From an uncultured Acidobacteriaceae bacterium (GTDB taxonomy: Bacteria > Acidobacteriota > Terriglobia > Terriglobales > Acidobacteriaceae), in contig CAWBWB010000005.1 of NCBI GenBank assembly GCA_963792495.1, forward strand, positions 273,747-337,746: a DNA stretch of 64,000 bases. The letters are read 5' to 3'. The notes under the pieces are model-generated. The model was not told where the DNA came from, searched no databases, and was given only the letters and a program-made list of their open reading frames with translations. Positions 8,652-19,013 of this stretch are shown piece by piece. The translations under genes were made by a program, and so were the position numbers. Within the stretch, counting starts at the first letter, position 1. Each line of letters opens with the position of its first letter.

Positions 8652-9284
8652 CTAGAGGCCGGATGGGAGATGCCAGTTGCGCCATACGCTGATGACGCGC
8701 AAGAGGAAGCAGGCGGTTCCGCCGATGAGCGCGGAGTAGGTGTCTTTCATGCCCAGCCTGCGGCAGAGAATCATGGTGGCGGCTCCGGCGAGAGCTGCGG
8801 TTGCGTAGATATCGGTCTGGAGAACGCGGGGTACGCGGGCGAGGCATATGTCGCGGATGGTGCCTCCGCCGACACCGGTGATGCCGCCGAGCATGACGGC
8901 TACGAGCGGCGACATTTTGCGCAGAAGAGCTTCTTCTGTTCCGGAGACGGCGAAGAGGGCGAGGCCGCCTGCATCGAGGACCATGATGAGCTGCTGCGGA
9001 ATCTCCTCCACATACCTGTGAAATAAGAAGGCGACAGCCGCGCCGGTGAAGGCTACGGCTGGATAGTGCCAGTTGCGCAAGGCGTTGGGAGGGGTTGCGC
9101 CGAGGAGCACGTCGCGGATGATGCCGCCGCCTACGGCTGTGGCGAAACCGAGGATGAGGATGCCGAGCAGATCGAGGTGATTGGCGAGCGCGGTGTTTGC
9201 GCCTTCGATGGCAAAGAGCAGCGTGCCGGCCAGGTCGACGAGATAGAGCATTCGCGTCGGCGAGAGCTGAAATTTCTTTGCCAT
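8652..9284 (-). CDS. TRIC cation channel-family / UPF0126 membrane protein
   Basis: DL.GT..FAIEG, TAVGGGIIRDVLLG..PP and repeat ITGVGGGTIRD; directly downstream of gcvT. Confidence 0.9.
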   Translation of the reverse strand: MAKKFQLSPTRMLYLVDLAGTLLFAIEGANTALANHLDLLGILILGFATAVGGGIIRDVLLGATPPNALRNWHYPAVAFTGAAVAFLFHRYVEEIPQQLIMVLDAGGLALFAVSGTEEALLRKMSPLVAVMLGGITGVGGGTIRDICLARVPRVLQTDIYATAALAGAATMILCRRLGMKDTYSALIGGTACFLLRVISVWRNWHLPSGL

Positions 9285-9308
9285 GCTATTGAAGATACAT
9301 GCCGGAGG

Positions 9309-10463
9309 TTACTTTTTCGGCCGCTTGTAGAACGGGATGGGGACCTGCTTTGCGCGGACCTGGTTGGCTCGGCACTGCACGATGAGATCACTGCCACTGG
9401 CGGCGATTTCTGTGGGGACGAGCGCCAGGGCGATGTTGGTTTTGAGGAAGGGCGCGGGTGAGCCGGAGGTGACTACGCCGATTTCTTTTCCTTCGAGGTC
9501 ATGGACGGAGTAGCCGTCACGGCCTATGCCGCGGTCGATCATTTCAAGGCCGATGATTTTGCGTTTTGGGCCGCCTGCCGATTGCACGGCGAGTAGGGCT
9601 TCGCGGCCGATGAAATTGCCCTTGTCGAGCTTGAGCCAGCGGTCGAGGCCGCCTTCAAAGACGTTGATTTCTTCACTGATTTCGTGGCCGTAGAGGCTCA
9701 TTCCGGCTTCAAGCCGCAGCGTGTTGCGCGCGCCCAGGCCGCAGGGGCGGATGCCGAACTCGGAGCCGGCTTCCATGAGCGCGTCCCACATTTTTACCGT
9801 GGTGGCTTCGTCGGAGGGGATGTAGACTTCGAAGCCGTCTTCACCGGAGTAGCCGGTGCGGGCGATGAGTACGTTGGGAATGTTGGCGACGGTGCCCCAT
9901 GTGAACCAATAGTTTTTGATGGCTGCGAGGTCGACCTTGGTGAGCTTTTTGAGTGTTTCAAGCGCACGCGGGCCCTGCACGGCGAGCTGCGAGTAGTGCG
10001 GCGAGTAATCGCTGATGTGGACGCTGGGGAAGCTGCCGACCTGCTTGCGGATCCATGCATAATCTTTCTCGGTGGTACCGGCGTTGACGACGAGGAGATA
10101 GTCGTTTTCGCTGAGGCGGTGGACGAGAATGTCATCGACGAATGTGCCGGAGGGTGTGAGCAGGGCGGAGTAATGCGCCTGGCCGTCTTTGAGCTTCGAC
10201 GCGTCATTCATGGTGATGTGCTGCACGGCGGCGAGTGCGCCGGGGCCGCGGAACTGAATTTCGCCCATGTGGCTGACGTCAAAGAGGCCTACGCCGGTGC
10301 GGACGGCGAGGTGCTCGGCGATGAGGCCACCGCCGTTGCCGGGATACTCGACCGGCATGTCCCAGCCGCCGAAGTCGACCATGCGGGCCTTGAGGGCGCG
10401 ATGGGTGGCGTTGAGTGCGGTTTTCTTGAGTGCGGGCGTGGCTGGAGTGGCGGGGGTGGTCAT
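9309..10463 (-). CDS. gcvT: Glycine cleavage system aminomethyltransferase T
   Basis: MVDFGGWDMPV.Y, GLFDVSHMGE, ARTGYSGEDGFE, GLGARNTLRLEAG. Confidence 0.97.
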   Translation of the reverse strand: MTTPATPATPALKKTALNATHRALKARMVDFGGWDMPVEYPGNGGGLIAEHLAVRTGVGLFDVSHMGEIQFRGPGALAAVQHITMNDASKLKDGQAHYSALLTPSGTFVDDILVHRLSENDYLLVVNAGTTEKDYAWIRKQVGSFPSVHISDYSPHYSQLAVQGPRALETLKKLTKVDLAAIKNYWFTWGTVANIPNVLIARTGYSGEDGFEVYIPSDEATTVKMWDALMEAGSEFGIRPCGLGARNTLRLEAGMSLYGHEISEEINVFEGGLDRWLKLDKGNFIGREALLAVQSAGGPKRKIIGLEMIDRGIGRDGYSVHDLEGKEIGVVTSGSPAPFLKTNIALALVPTEIAASGSDLIVQCRANQVRAKQVPIPFYKRPKK

Positions 10464-10702
10464 GCGGTAGATCCTTTCGGGCAGGGCGACTCTACATGCG
10501 GTTCAATGCTTACGATAGGGAGTGAGCGGCGCTGGGGTCAAACCGTGCGGAAAAGAGAAACAGGAATGCGGAGATGGATTCCGTGGTGGATGGAGATGTT
10601 TCGGCTGCTGCTGGCGGCGCGTGAAGCGGTGGTGAGGGGAACTGATTGTGCGGCGGCGCGCTGGCGTAGCATAGATAGAATTACGAATCAGGAGATGCGG
10701 GG

Positions 10703-10891
10703 ATGACTGTCTTTCGCGGCATTCTTATGTTGGCCGCCGGCGTGTTTGTGATTGTTCAAGGCTGGCGGATGCAGACACATCAAATTCCGTCTGGTCATTG
10801 GCCTGTCTCAGTGTTTTACGTGATGGGTGTGCTGGCAATTGGGTTGGGCGTGTGGCGGCTGACGAAAAAACCGCCGAAGCCGCTGGTGTAG
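10703..10891 (+). CDS. Small two-TM hypothetical membrane protein
   Basis: Two hydrophobic segments; Shine-Dalgarno GGAG; tightly linked to next gene. Confidence 0.6.
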   Translation: MTVFRGILMLAAGVFVIVQGWRMQTHQIPSGHWPVSVFYVMGVLAIGLGVWRLTKKPPKPLV

Positions 10892-10904
10892 CGAGACGGC
10901 GGCG

Positions 10905-11537
10905 ATGGCGCTTCTCTACAACAAAATTCAGGGGCGGAACCTGGAGCGGCTGGCTGCGCTGAGCGACGGCATCTTTGCCGTGGCCATGACGCTGCTGGTG
11001 CTGGACCTGCATGTGCCGGCGGCGGCGCAGGTGCACTCCGAGAACGACCTGCTGATGGCGCTCTGCGGCATGATGCCGCAGTGGATTACTTACGGCATGA
11101 GCTTTCTGACGCTGGGCATCTTCTGGGCCGGGCAGCAGACGCAGCTGAATCATATTGCCGAGGGCAATCGCGACCTGACCTGGATTCATTTGGGATTTTT
11201 GTTTGCTACGACGCTGATTCCGTTTTCAACGCGGCTGCTGGCGGAGTTGATTACTTACAAGGTGGCGCTGGGCGTTTACTGGCTGAATATCCTGGTGCTG
11301 GGCGCGATGTTGTATTGGAGCTGGATGTATGCGGCGGGCAACGGGCTGGTGAAGGCTGACGTTCCGCGGGAAGTGCAGCTGAGCGTGTGCCGGCGGATAC
11401 TGATTGCGCAGTCGCTGTATGCGGTGGGCGCGGCGCTGTGCTTTGTGCGCGTGTGGCTGAGCATTGCGGTGATTGTGGTGGTGCAGCTGTATTATGCGGT
11501 GGCGCCGCGGCTGGGGCGGAGCAGTGCTGCCGGCTGA
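10905..11537 (+). CDS. TMEM175/DUF1211-family potassium channel
   Basis: RLAALSDGIFAVAMTLLVL; YGMSFLTLGIFW; IPFST. Confidence 0.9.
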   Translation: MALLYNKIQGRNLERLAALSDGIFAVAMTLLVLDLHVPAAAQVHSENDLLMALCGMMPQWITYGMSFLTLGIFWAGQQTQLNHIAEGNRDLTWIHLGFLFATTLIPFSTRLLAELITYKVALGVYWLNILVLGAMLYWSWMYAAGNGLVKADVPREVQLSVCRRILIAQSLYAVGAALCFVRVWLSIAVIVVVQLYYAVAPRLGRSSAAG

Positions 11538-11540
11538 GTG

Positions 11541-11954
11541 TTAGCGTTTGCGCGCGCGCCAGAAGGAACTGGCGCTCAGATAGACGAAGATGAGAGCAAG
11601 CGCGATTGCTGCGAGGAACTTCCAGTGGTCGGGGCCGGTGGCGTAGCTGGAGCGCATGCGCCAGGCCATCTGGCCGAAGAGCAGGACGAAAAGCAGGAAG
11701 AAGGCTCCGGTGACTTCGAGGAAGACTGCTCCGCCGACGCGCTGAAATGGCCGGAAAAAGCCGCCCAGGCCGCGGGTGAGGCTGCCGGATGGGCGCTGGG
11801 GTTTGCGGGACGATTGCGGCTTGGCGGGTTGCGCTGGATAGGGCTGGGCAGCGACAGGCTGGCCGGGGCGTTCGCCGGTAAGGCGTTCATTTGCCATGCG
11901 CCCGGCGACTCGCACGCCAACGCCAAGCATGCGGCCGATGGTTTGCGGTCTCAT
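11541..11954 (-). CDS. Hypothetical membrane protein (two C-terminal TM helices)
   Basis: Coherent 137-aa ORF filling the gap; Pro-rich linker then two TM segments. Confidence 0.7.
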   Translation of the reverse strand: MRPQTIGRMLGVGVRVAGRMANERLTGERPGQPVAAQPYPAQPAKPQSSRKPQRPSGSLTRGLGGFFRPFQRVGGAVFLEVTGAFFLLFVLLFGQMAWRMRSSYATGPDHWKFLAAIALALIFVYLSASSFWRARKR

Positions 11955-12134
11955 TCCTTTAAAATGGTATCAGGCACCTCGGGTGCGGCCGGCTGCGCTT
12001 CTGGGCGCGTGAAACGGAGGATTTTCCGGAGCCTGGCTGAGCCGAGAGTTGCCGTTGAGCCGCGCTGGCAGTAAGGTATAGAAATCCAAGCCGAAATGCA
12101 CTACGAAGCCGGCCCCGTTTTCCGGAGGTAACCT

Positions 12135-12425
12135 TTGACATCCCGTCTACGTGAACTGATTCAGCAACTCGGAGAAGCCATCCACGAGTCGGTCATTGAG
12201 AGCGAACAGATTGCCGGCGTTGTGCAGGATATCCGCAAGCACGGTTTTGACGTGCTGCTCATGCTCGAGGCGACGATTGGCCTGAATGAGGTGGTCGAGG
12301 GAGACTCCGAGGAGACCGAAGAGACGGAGGACGGCGAGCCCTTTACGAAGAATGACCGCGACTGGCTGAAGCGGCTGCGGATCTCGGTTGAGGGTGAGGA
12401 CGGCGAGGATACGATCGAGGGTTAG
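12135..12425 (+). CDS. Hypothetical acidic protein
   Basis: TTG start after GGAGGT; coherent sequence GFDVLLMLEATIGL. Confidence 0.7.
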   Translation: MTSRLRELIQQLGEAIHESVIESEQIAGVVQDIRKHGFDVLLMLEATIGLNEVVEGDSEETEETEDGEPFTKNDRDWLKRLRISVEGEDGEDTIEG

Positions 12426-12467
12426 CAAGTTGCACAGGGTTTGATCCATCGAGGGGCAAAAGGTTCT

Positions 12468-13019
12468 ATGAAACTGCAGCTTGCCGAAGAAGATCGCCCT
12501 CCTGCTGAACTTTCACTCGACGAGTATCTGCATGGAAGCTGGGGTCCCGACTGCGATTTTGTTGACGGTCGCACCGTGGAGCGCAATGTCGGCACCTTTA
12601 CTCATTCCACGGTGGTTTCATTTCTGATTTGGGCGTTGCCGGGTAAAGAGAAGGGGGAACGGTCTGACCTTTTGTCCCTTCCAAGTCTGCGAATTCAGGT
12701 TTCGCCTATGCGAATTCGCGTTCCCGATATTTGTGTCGTCCCTCGAAGCGGACCGCATGAGCGGATTCTGACGCATCCTCCACTTGCCGTCGTAGAGGTT
12801 CTCGATGAGGAGGATCCATTCGGCGCGATGATGGAAAGACTTGCTGACTTCAGGCAATTCGGAGTGCAAAACATCTGGGTTATCGATCCGGAACGGCGGA
12901 TTGCTTACACGTACAACGGCTCGGCGCTGGAAGAGGTGACGACCGGCGAGCTGGTCGTTGGGGACACGCCGATTCGCGTGTCGCTGAGCGAGATGTTTGC
13001 GGAGCTGGATCGGGCGTAG
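12468..13019 (+). CDS. Uma2-family (PD-(D/E)xK) endonuclease-fold protein
   Basis: DEYLH.S..PD.DFVDG..VERN, RIRVPDICV, IWVIDP. Confidence 0.9.
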   Translation: MKLQLAEEDRPPAELSLDEYLHGSWGPDCDFVDGRTVERNVGTFTHSTVVSFLIWALPGKEKGERSDLLSLPSLRIQVSPMRIRVPDICVVPRSGPHERILTHPPLAVVEVLDEEDPFGAMMERLADFRQFGVQNIWVIDPERRIAYTYNGSALEEVTTGELVVGDTPIRVSLSEMFAELDRA

Positions 13020-13037
13020 GGCGGGCTCGTTCTACTT

Positions 13038-13289
13038 TTATATGCCATCAACTTTTTGATTCTTATAGACAGGCCTAAAAACGCTCTGGTCGATCACTCT
13101 GCGCCCACTAGCAAGTGCTTGGGATATTGCCTCTGTTTTCGTCTTAAACACGATTCGAAAATTTATCGGCAAAACCGTAACCCCCTTTTGATCGTGACAT
13201 TCAATGTCGAGTTGGGGTATCCATCCGGTCTTGTCTCCAAGTTCTGACGCACGTGCATCTAAATAAAATCTCTTATATTTTTCTCGCAT
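13038..13289 (-). CDS. Hypothetical low-GC small protein
   Basis: MREKYKRFYLDARA...; AGGAAG before ATG; AT-rich relative to flanks. Confidence 0.5.
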   Translation of the reverse strand: MREKYKRFYLDARASELGDKTGWIPQLDIECHDQKGVTVLPINFRIVFKTKTEAISQALASGRRVIDQSVFRPVYKNQKVDGI

Positions 13290-13380
13290 AATGTAGACTT
13301 CCTCGGAAGCACCCAATATTAGATGTTCGCTTTGTATATTATATGCCTCAATTGTGTTTGACCGGATAAATGGAGGGGGG

Positions 13381-13806
13381 ATGTCCAAGAAGTCTTGGCT
13401 ATTTGCTGCGTGCGCTCTATTGCTTGGTCTGGTCGTAGGTGCAGGCGGAAATGAAATGATTCACAGGGTTAGCAAAGCTCATTCAAAAGAAGTGTTTGCC
13501 GAAAAAATCAAGTGCAATGCCTTGGCAAAAAGATACATAGAATCGCAATCTTCTAGTTCAATCTTCATGTCCAATGTGTTGGCTCTCAATGCCGTGGATT
13601 ATTCTCCATCCAGGAATTCCTGCATTGCCTTATTGGACCAGAGCATGATGACACCTAGCCGCCCAGATCTGCCAATACATACCATTCAGGTCGTCGATAT
13701 CGGTACCGAAGAGGTCTTAAAATCTCTCCCCTGCCCCAAAGATGGAGCCTGTCTGGATTACCGGAACCAAGCTCATACCGAGTTCGAAAAGGCAGTTAAG
13801 AAGTAG
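13381..13806 (+). CDS. Hypothetical low-GC exported/membrane-anchored protein with four Cys
   Basis: N-terminal hydrophobic segment, GGAGG Shine-Dalgarno, AT-rich codon usage. Confidence 0.65.
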   Translation: MSKKSWLFAACALLLGLVVGAGGNEMIHRVSKAHSKEVFAEKIKCNALAKRYIESQSSSSIFMSNVLALNAVDYSPSRNSCIALLDQSMMTPSRPDLPIHTIQVVDIGTEEVLKSLPCPKDGACLDYRNQAHTEFEKAVKK

Positions 13807-13838
13807 ACCTGTCCTAGTGAGGGAGCATATTGTAGCTT

Positions 13839-15710
13839 TCAGCTCTTCAGCGCGATGCGAATATGCAGCTCTTTGAGTTGCTCCTCGGTGACTGTCGTTG
13901 GTGCTTCGGACATGAGGTCGAGCGCCTTTGCTGTTTTTGGGAAGGCGATGACTTCGCGCAGGCTGGGCGCGCCGGTGAGCAGCATGACGATGCGGTCGAG
14001 GCCGAGCGCGATGCCGCCGTGCGGGGGCGTGCCGTACTCGAGCGCGTCGAGGAAGAAACCGAATCTTGCTTTGGCTTCTTCTTCGCTCATGCCGAGCGAG
14101 GCGAAGATCTGCTGCTGCACGTCTTTGCGATGGATACGGATGGAGCCTGAGCCCAGCTCGAGGCCGTTCATCGCGAGGTCATAGCAGTTGGCGCGGACTG
14201 AGGCCGGATCGGACATGAGGTTCGGCATGTCATGCTCGTGCGGCGCGGTGAAGGGATGGTGCGCGGGGACCCACTTGCCGCTGGCAACCTCGTACTCGAA
14301 CATGGGGAAGTCGACGATCCAGATGGGCTGGAAGGCCTTTGATCCGTCGATGTGCCCGCTCCGCGGTTCGGCGTTTTGAACGACCTCGTTTGTGACTTCG
14401 AAGGCCTTGTGGCGATCTGCGTATTTCTTTGCAAGCTCAGAGCGGAAGTTGCCTGCGGCGGCGTAGACGTTGATCTCGCGCTCGGAGAGGCGACCTTCAA
14501 ACTTGGTGTCACTGGCCTTGATGTGGTGTGCGGGGTCGCCGGCGACGATGATGACGAAGTCCGCGTCAGACGCGCCTGCAAGCTCGCGTACCTTGGCTGC
14601 CGACTCTGGAAAGCCTTTGGCGAGGCGCTTGAAATCGTCAATAAACTTGGCGCCCTTCTTCGTATCAAAGGTCGGATGATTGTCTTCGCGTTCTTTGCGG
14701 GAAAGCTCGCCGACGTTTGGGATGCGCAGTGCGACGACGGGCAACGCGGGATCGATTTGCAGAGTAGCGAGCTGCTCATCGGTGAAAGCGGAGCGCACGT
14801 CAGTGAGGCCGGGCAGGCGCATGTCCGGCTTGTCGGAGCCGAAGCGGCGCATGGATTCGTCGTAGGTGATTTTGGGGAACGGCGTGGGCAGAGTGACGCC
14901 CGCCGCGGCGAAGGCGGCCTTGAGGAAATGCTCGACTACGGCGAAGACGTGCTCCTGCCGCGGGAAGCTCATTTCGAGATCGATCTGCGTGAACTCAAGC
15001 TGACGGTCGGCGCGGAGGTCTTCATCGCGGAAGCAGCGCGCGACCTGGAAGTAGCGGTCGAAGCCGGAGATCATGAGGATCTGCTTGAAGATTTGCGGCG
15101 ACTGGGGCAACGCGTAAAAGCTGCCCGGATGGACGCGGCTGGGGACGAGGAAATCGCGCGCGCCCTCTGGCGTGGACTTGTTGAGGATGGGCGTTTCGAT
15201 TTCGAGGAAGCCCTGGGCGCTGAGCGACTCGCGGATGGCGCGGGTGATCTCATGGCGCAGCCGGAAGTTGCGCTGCATTTCGGAGCGGCGCAGGTCTACA
15301 TAGCGATACTTGAGGCGTGTTTCCTCGTTGGCAATGGAATCTTCCGCGGGCGAAAACGGCGCGAGGCGCGTGTCATTGAGAATGAGCAGCTGGGTGGCTT
15401 CGATTTCGATTTCGCCGGTGACCATTTTGGGGTTGATGGCCTCAGGCGCGCGCAGGCGCACTTTGCCTACGGCGGCGACAACGTACTCGGGGCGGACGGC
15501 CTCACCCTTTTTGTGGCCTTCGGGCACGAGGTCGTGATCGAGCACCACCTGGCAGATGCCGGTGCGGTCGCGCAGGTCGAGAAAGATGAGGTTGCCGTGG
15601 TCGCGGCGGCGGTTGACCCAGCCCATGACGACTACGTTTTTGCCTGCATCGGAGGCACGGAGGGTGCCGCAGAGATGCGTCCGTTCGAGATTGCCTAAAA
15701 AGTCGAGCAC
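13839..15710 (-). CDS. aspS: Aspartate--tRNA ligase (possibly non-discriminating)
   Basis: [53 protein letters not shown]. Confidence 0.97.
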   Translation of the reverse strand: MLDFLGNLERTHLCGTLRASDAGKNVVVMGWVNRRRDHGNLIFLDLRDRTGICQVVLDHDLVPEGHKKGEAVRPEYVVAAVGKVRLRAPEAINPKMVTGEIEIEATQLLILNDTRLAPFSPAEDSIANEETRLKYRYVDLRRSEMQRNFRLRHEITRAIRESLSAQGFLEIETPILNKSTPEGARDFLVPSRVHPGSFYALPQSPQIFKQILMISGFDRYFQVARCFRDEDLRADRQLEFTQIDLEMSFPRQEHVFAVVEHFLKAAFAAAGVTLPTPFPKITYDESMRRFGSDKPDMRLPGLTDVRSAFTDEQLATLQIDPALPVVALRIPNVGELSRKEREDNHPTFDTKKGAKFIDDFKRLAKGFPESAAKVRELAGASDADFVIIVAGDPAHHIKASDTKFEGRLSEREINVYAAAGNFRSELAKKYADRHKAFEVTNEVVQNAEPRSGHIDGSKAFQPIWIVDFPMFEYEVASGKWVPAHHPFTAPHEHDMPNLMSDPASVRANCYDLAMNGLELGSGSIRIHRKDVQQQIFASLGMSEEEAKARFGFFLDALEYGTPPHGGIALGLDRIVMLLTGAPSLREVIAFPKTAKALDLMSEAPTTVTEEQLKELHIRIALKS

Positions 15711-15725
15711 TGATGCGTCCTTGTG

Positions 15726-17018
15726 TTATTCGCCGGCGGGCTTGCGAAGATGAGCAACAAGCTCTGCGCGCGGAACCTTGGTTTGTGTGCCGGTTGCGAA
15801 GTCCTTGACTGTCAGGATACCGGATTGGAGCTCGTCTTCGCCGAGGATGACGATGCTGCGGGCGGCTTTGTCGGCGGCGTCGAAGCTCTTTTTGAGCCGG
15901 AAGCTGCCATCGCCCAATTCGGCGCGGACGCCCTGACGGCGCAGCTCGCGGGCGAGAGCTAGAGCGGCGGCGTTGAGGTTTTCACCGAGCGGCGCAATGT
16001 AGGTGTCTACCTTTTCGGCCTGGGCTTCGGCTTGCGCCTGCAGAGTGAGGACGAGGCGATCTTCGCCCATGGCAAAGCCGATGCCGGGGGCTTTGGGCCC
16101 GCCGATGGCTTCGCTGAGGCCGTCATAGCGGCCGCCGCCGAGTAGTGCATTCTGCGCGCCGAGACCGCCGTGCGTGAACTCGAAGGTGGTGCGGGTGTAG
16201 TAATCGAGGCCGCGGACGAGGCGGTGATTGCGCGTGTAGGGCACACCTGCGGCGTCCAGCGCGGCGGTGACCTGTGCGAAGTGGGCCTTCGTCTCCTCGT
16301 TCAGGCTATCGGCGATTTTGGGCAGCGCTTCAATGTACGGCTGATCTTCGGGTACCTTGCAATCGAGCACGCGCAGAGGGTTGGTGACGGCGCGGCGCTG
16401 GCAATCGACGCACATCTTTGGAGCGACATCGACGAGCGCTGCGCGCAGCACTTCGTTATAGTGGGCGCGCTCGGCGCTGGAGCCGACGGAGTTGATGTGC
16501 AGCGTCCAGCCGGTGATGCCGAGCTCGTCGAGGAGCGTGGCGAGCATTTCGAGCACTTCGGCGTCGCGCAACGGCGACTCGCTGCCGGAGGATGGCGGGC
16601 CGATGACTTCCGCGCCGATCTGCGAGAACTGGCGGTAGCGGCCCTTCTGCGGGCGCTCGCGGCGGAACTGCGGGCCTATGTAATAGAGCTTCTGAAGCTG
16701 GCCGGTTTCGCCGAGCTTGTGCTCGATGTAGGCGCGGACCACGCCGGCGGTATTTTCCGGGCGCAGGGTGAGGGACTGCGGCTTCTCGCTGGCAGCGCGG
16801 GCGCGGTCTTCCCAGGTGTACATTTCCTTGGAGACGATGTCGGTTTCTTCGCCTACGCCGCGGGCGAAGAGCGAGGTGTCCTCGAATACGGGCGTGCGGA
16901 TTTCGCCGAAGTTGTAGCGGGCGAAGACGGCTCGGGCGGTGGCTTCGATGCGGTTCCAGAGCGCGGTTTCAGGCGGTAATAGATCGCGCGTTCCGCGCAC
17001 GGCTTTCAGTGTGCTCAT
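15726..17018 (-). CDS. hisS: Histidine--tRNA ligase
   Basis: RGTRD, LRPENTAG, FRRERPQKGRYRQF.Q, LVRGLDYY, GGGRYD. Confidence 0.98.
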   Translation of the reverse strand: MSTLKAVRGTRDLLPPETALWNRIEATARAVFARYNFGEIRTPVFEDTSLFARGVGEETDIVSKEMYTWEDRARAASEKPQSLTLRPENTAGVVRAYIEHKLGETGQLQKLYYIGPQFRRERPQKGRYRQFSQIGAEVIGPPSSGSESPLRDAEVLEMLATLLDELGITGWTLHINSVGSSAERAHYNEVLRAALVDVAPKMCVDCQRRAVTNPLRVLDCKVPEDQPYIEALPKIADSLNEETKAHFAQVTAALDAAGVPYTRNHRLVRGLDYYTRTTFEFTHGGLGAQNALLGGGRYDGLSEAIGGPKAPGIGFAMGEDRLVLTLQAQAEAQAEKVDTYIAPLGENLNAAALALARELRRQGVRAELGDGSFRLKKSFDAADKAARSIVILGEDELQSGILTVKDFATGTQTKVPRAELVAHLRKPAGE

Positions 17019-17057
17019 ACTTATCCAGTTTAAACGGCATTCGGAAAGGAATTTCGG

Positions 17058-17399
17058 TCAGGAGTGCTCTTCAGGCGGATACTCCAGAAGCACCGCTTCC
17101 AGATTGCGCGCTCCATGCAGTACCTGAACTATAAGCAGAACGCCTTGTTCCCGCTCGTAGCTGTAGAAGATCATGTGCTTTGGAAATTCAGTGACGAATA
17201 TCCAGCGTAGATTCGTGAGAGATGCGGAGCGGAAACGACACGGCGCGCCGCGCTCCGGGAATTGCAGAAGTGAGCGAATCGCCGCGTCGACGGCTGATTC
17301 CCATCGCTCGGCCAGAGCATCATCCAGAGTGGCGCGATAATAATCAGCTTGTTCGATGATTGAGAGAGCGGCTATTTCCGATATACGAAGTTCGATCAC
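17058..17399 (-). CDS. RelE/ParE-family toxin
   Basis: LRISEIAALSI, FPKHMIFY, IVQVLHGARNL; GTGA overlap with upstream antitoxin. Confidence 0.88.
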   Translation of the reverse strand: MIELRISEIAALSIIEQADYYRATLDDALAERWESAVDAAIRSLLQFPERGAPCRFRSASLTNLRWIFVTEFPKHMIFYSYEREQGVLLIVQVLHGARNLEAVLLEYPPEEHS

Positions 17400-17653
17400 T
17401 TGTGCGCGAGCTTCTTCCGCAAGATCGAAACCAGATTGCCCGTCCGCAACTCCTGCGGCGAAATGACTATCTGTTTTGTTTCGAGCGCTTCCAGTAGTTC
17501 GGCTTCCAGTCGAGTTTTCCGTTGCTCCTTATCCTGTCGGATGAGATTACGGATAAATTCGCTTGGCGTTCCGAAGTCGCCGGAAGAAACGCGGTCTTCG
17601 ACATAAGCCTTGAGCGGATCGGGCAGCGAAATATTGAGGGAAGTCATTGCCAT
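17396..17653 (-). CDS. ParD-family (CopG/Arc/MetJ) antitoxin
   Basis: MTSLNISLPDPLKAYVEDRVSSGDFGTPSEFIRNLIRQD. Confidence 0.9.
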   Translation of the reverse strand: MAMTSLNISLPDPLKAYVEDRVSSGDFGTPSEFIRNLIRQDKEQRKTRLEAELLEALETKQIVISPQELRTGNLVSILRKKLAHK

Positions 17654-17674
17654 ACCTTCATATTATGACATTTT

Positions 17675-19012
17675 ATGTACGGTATCTCCTTGTTTCAGTC
17701 GGGAACTATTCATTTTCGTCCGGTGTCTAATGCAGCAGTGGCACGGTTCAAAAATATCTCTCGTGTGCTGGTGCGAGCGGCATTTGTGCTGCTTGGCGTG
17801 CTTTTATCTGCGGCTGCGGTCATTCCGATTCAACAGCAGCTTTTTCGATCTCGCGCAGAGCATCTTCTGGCCGACATGCAGGCCATCGAGCTGCACCGCA
17901 CATCATGGACTCAGGCACAGGTTCTTATGCACCGCTGGGGTAGATGGGGTCATTATGACGGTGCCTGCACGGCTGAAAACTGCAAATACACCATTACGCT
18001 TTCTGACATGGGGTCGGGGTCCATCCGCCCGGACGACTATGGATGGACTCTGCACGTAATTAGCTTGTTTGTGGGATCACCCATGTATCGCTGGCTTGGC
18101 GGTCGGGAAGGAACGGTCTATGCCGGATTTATTGTTCAGGATGGCACGATATGGCGTAGGGTGATGCAACTCAACGTTCAGGTTCCGCCGCGCGCAGCAT
18201 CTCGTGACGATACATGGGGCTATGGCTTGATTGTGAGAGTACAAAGTCGCTCCTCGCTGAATCCTGAGGCAAGGAAAAAGCATGACCACTGGATACTTGG
18301 AGAGGATGAGCAGCTTGCGGAACACCCCTATTACAAAGCTGGACGTCCGGGCGGCTGCGAAATCTGCATGGCAGCCGAAGTAACCTATGCTACGGATACA
18401 CCGCAGTCAGAGATTCGCGGCTTAACCTCGTTCGATTTCTCATGTATGACACGATGGCATCCATGTCTTCGCGTGGAAGAATTGCTTCCCGCGGCGAAGC
18501 CATGGCATTTGTATCAGCTTGATGGTGATCCACCGGAACCAAAGCTACCAAAAGGCTTGCCGGAGTCATGCAAGACCCAACTATGGGCAATTGGCCGGGA
18601 TGCACTCTGGGTCTTCGCTGTGGATACATTAGCCACAACTGAGAGGAAAAGATTCTATGACGGATCGCCATATCAGGAAGCTCAAGTGCGGCTTGTGGAG
18701 ACATTAAAAGGTCCGAAGCCCTGGCCGGCGGGCACGGTATTGACTGCAGATCCCTTTTCAGGCGAATCCACTAACCCGCCGTTGTTTCTGGCTGAGCCTA
18801 TGGATGCAGGCAAACGATACCTTGCCGTAGTAATGGACCCGGAATACTCGTTTCACCAGAACGATGCACATGCTCTGCCTGCTGGCAGTCAAGATGGGAT
18901 TCGTGGTATTAAGATGACGCGCTGCGGCGTATTCGAAGATACACCCCGGAACCGGCGTGAACTTGAACGTGGCTACGAAATGAATGACCTGCTGCGTATC
19001 GATGAGTTTTAA
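17675..19012 (+). CDS. Hypothetical membrane-anchored, Cys-containing protein (start uncertain)
   Basis: 445-aa ORF with N-terminal TM and several Cys pairs; no family recognised. Confidence 0.7.
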   Translation: MYGISLFQSGTIHFRPVSNAAVARFKNISRVLVRAAFVLLGVLLSAAAVIPIQQQLFRSRAEHLLADMQAIELHRTSWTQAQVLMHRWGRWGHYDGACTAENCKYTITLSDMGSGSIRPDDYGWTLHVISLFVGSPMYRWLGGREGTVYAGFIVQDGTIWRRVMQLNVQVPPRAASRDDTWGYGLIVRVQSRSSLNPEARKKHDHWILGEDEQLAEHPYYKAGRPGGCEICMAAEVTYATDTPQSEIRGLTSFDFSCMTRWHPCLRVEELLPAAKPWHLYQLDGDPPEPKLPKGLPESCKTQLWAIGRDALWVFAVDTLATTERKRFYDGSPYQEAQVRLVETLKGPKPWPAGTVLTADPFSGESTNPPLFLAEPMDAGKRYLAVVMDPEYSFHQNDAHALPAGSQDGIRGIKMTRCGVFEDTPRNRRELERGYEMNDLLRIDEF

Positions 19013-19013
19013 T

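Noticed and set aside
10464-10700. Glycine riboswitch upstream of gcvT
   Set aside because: No GGAGA...CCGAAG...CTCTCAGG aptamer pattern on the minus strand
13279-13350. dif-like fragments (TTCTCGCATAA-TGTAGA and TGTATA-TTAT)
   Set aside because: Each has only one arm, the first overlaps a start codon and SD, and the + strand stays G-rich beyond this point
14352-15698. 448-aa + strand ORF
   Set aside because: Antisense shadow of aspS caused by GC-rich codon bias
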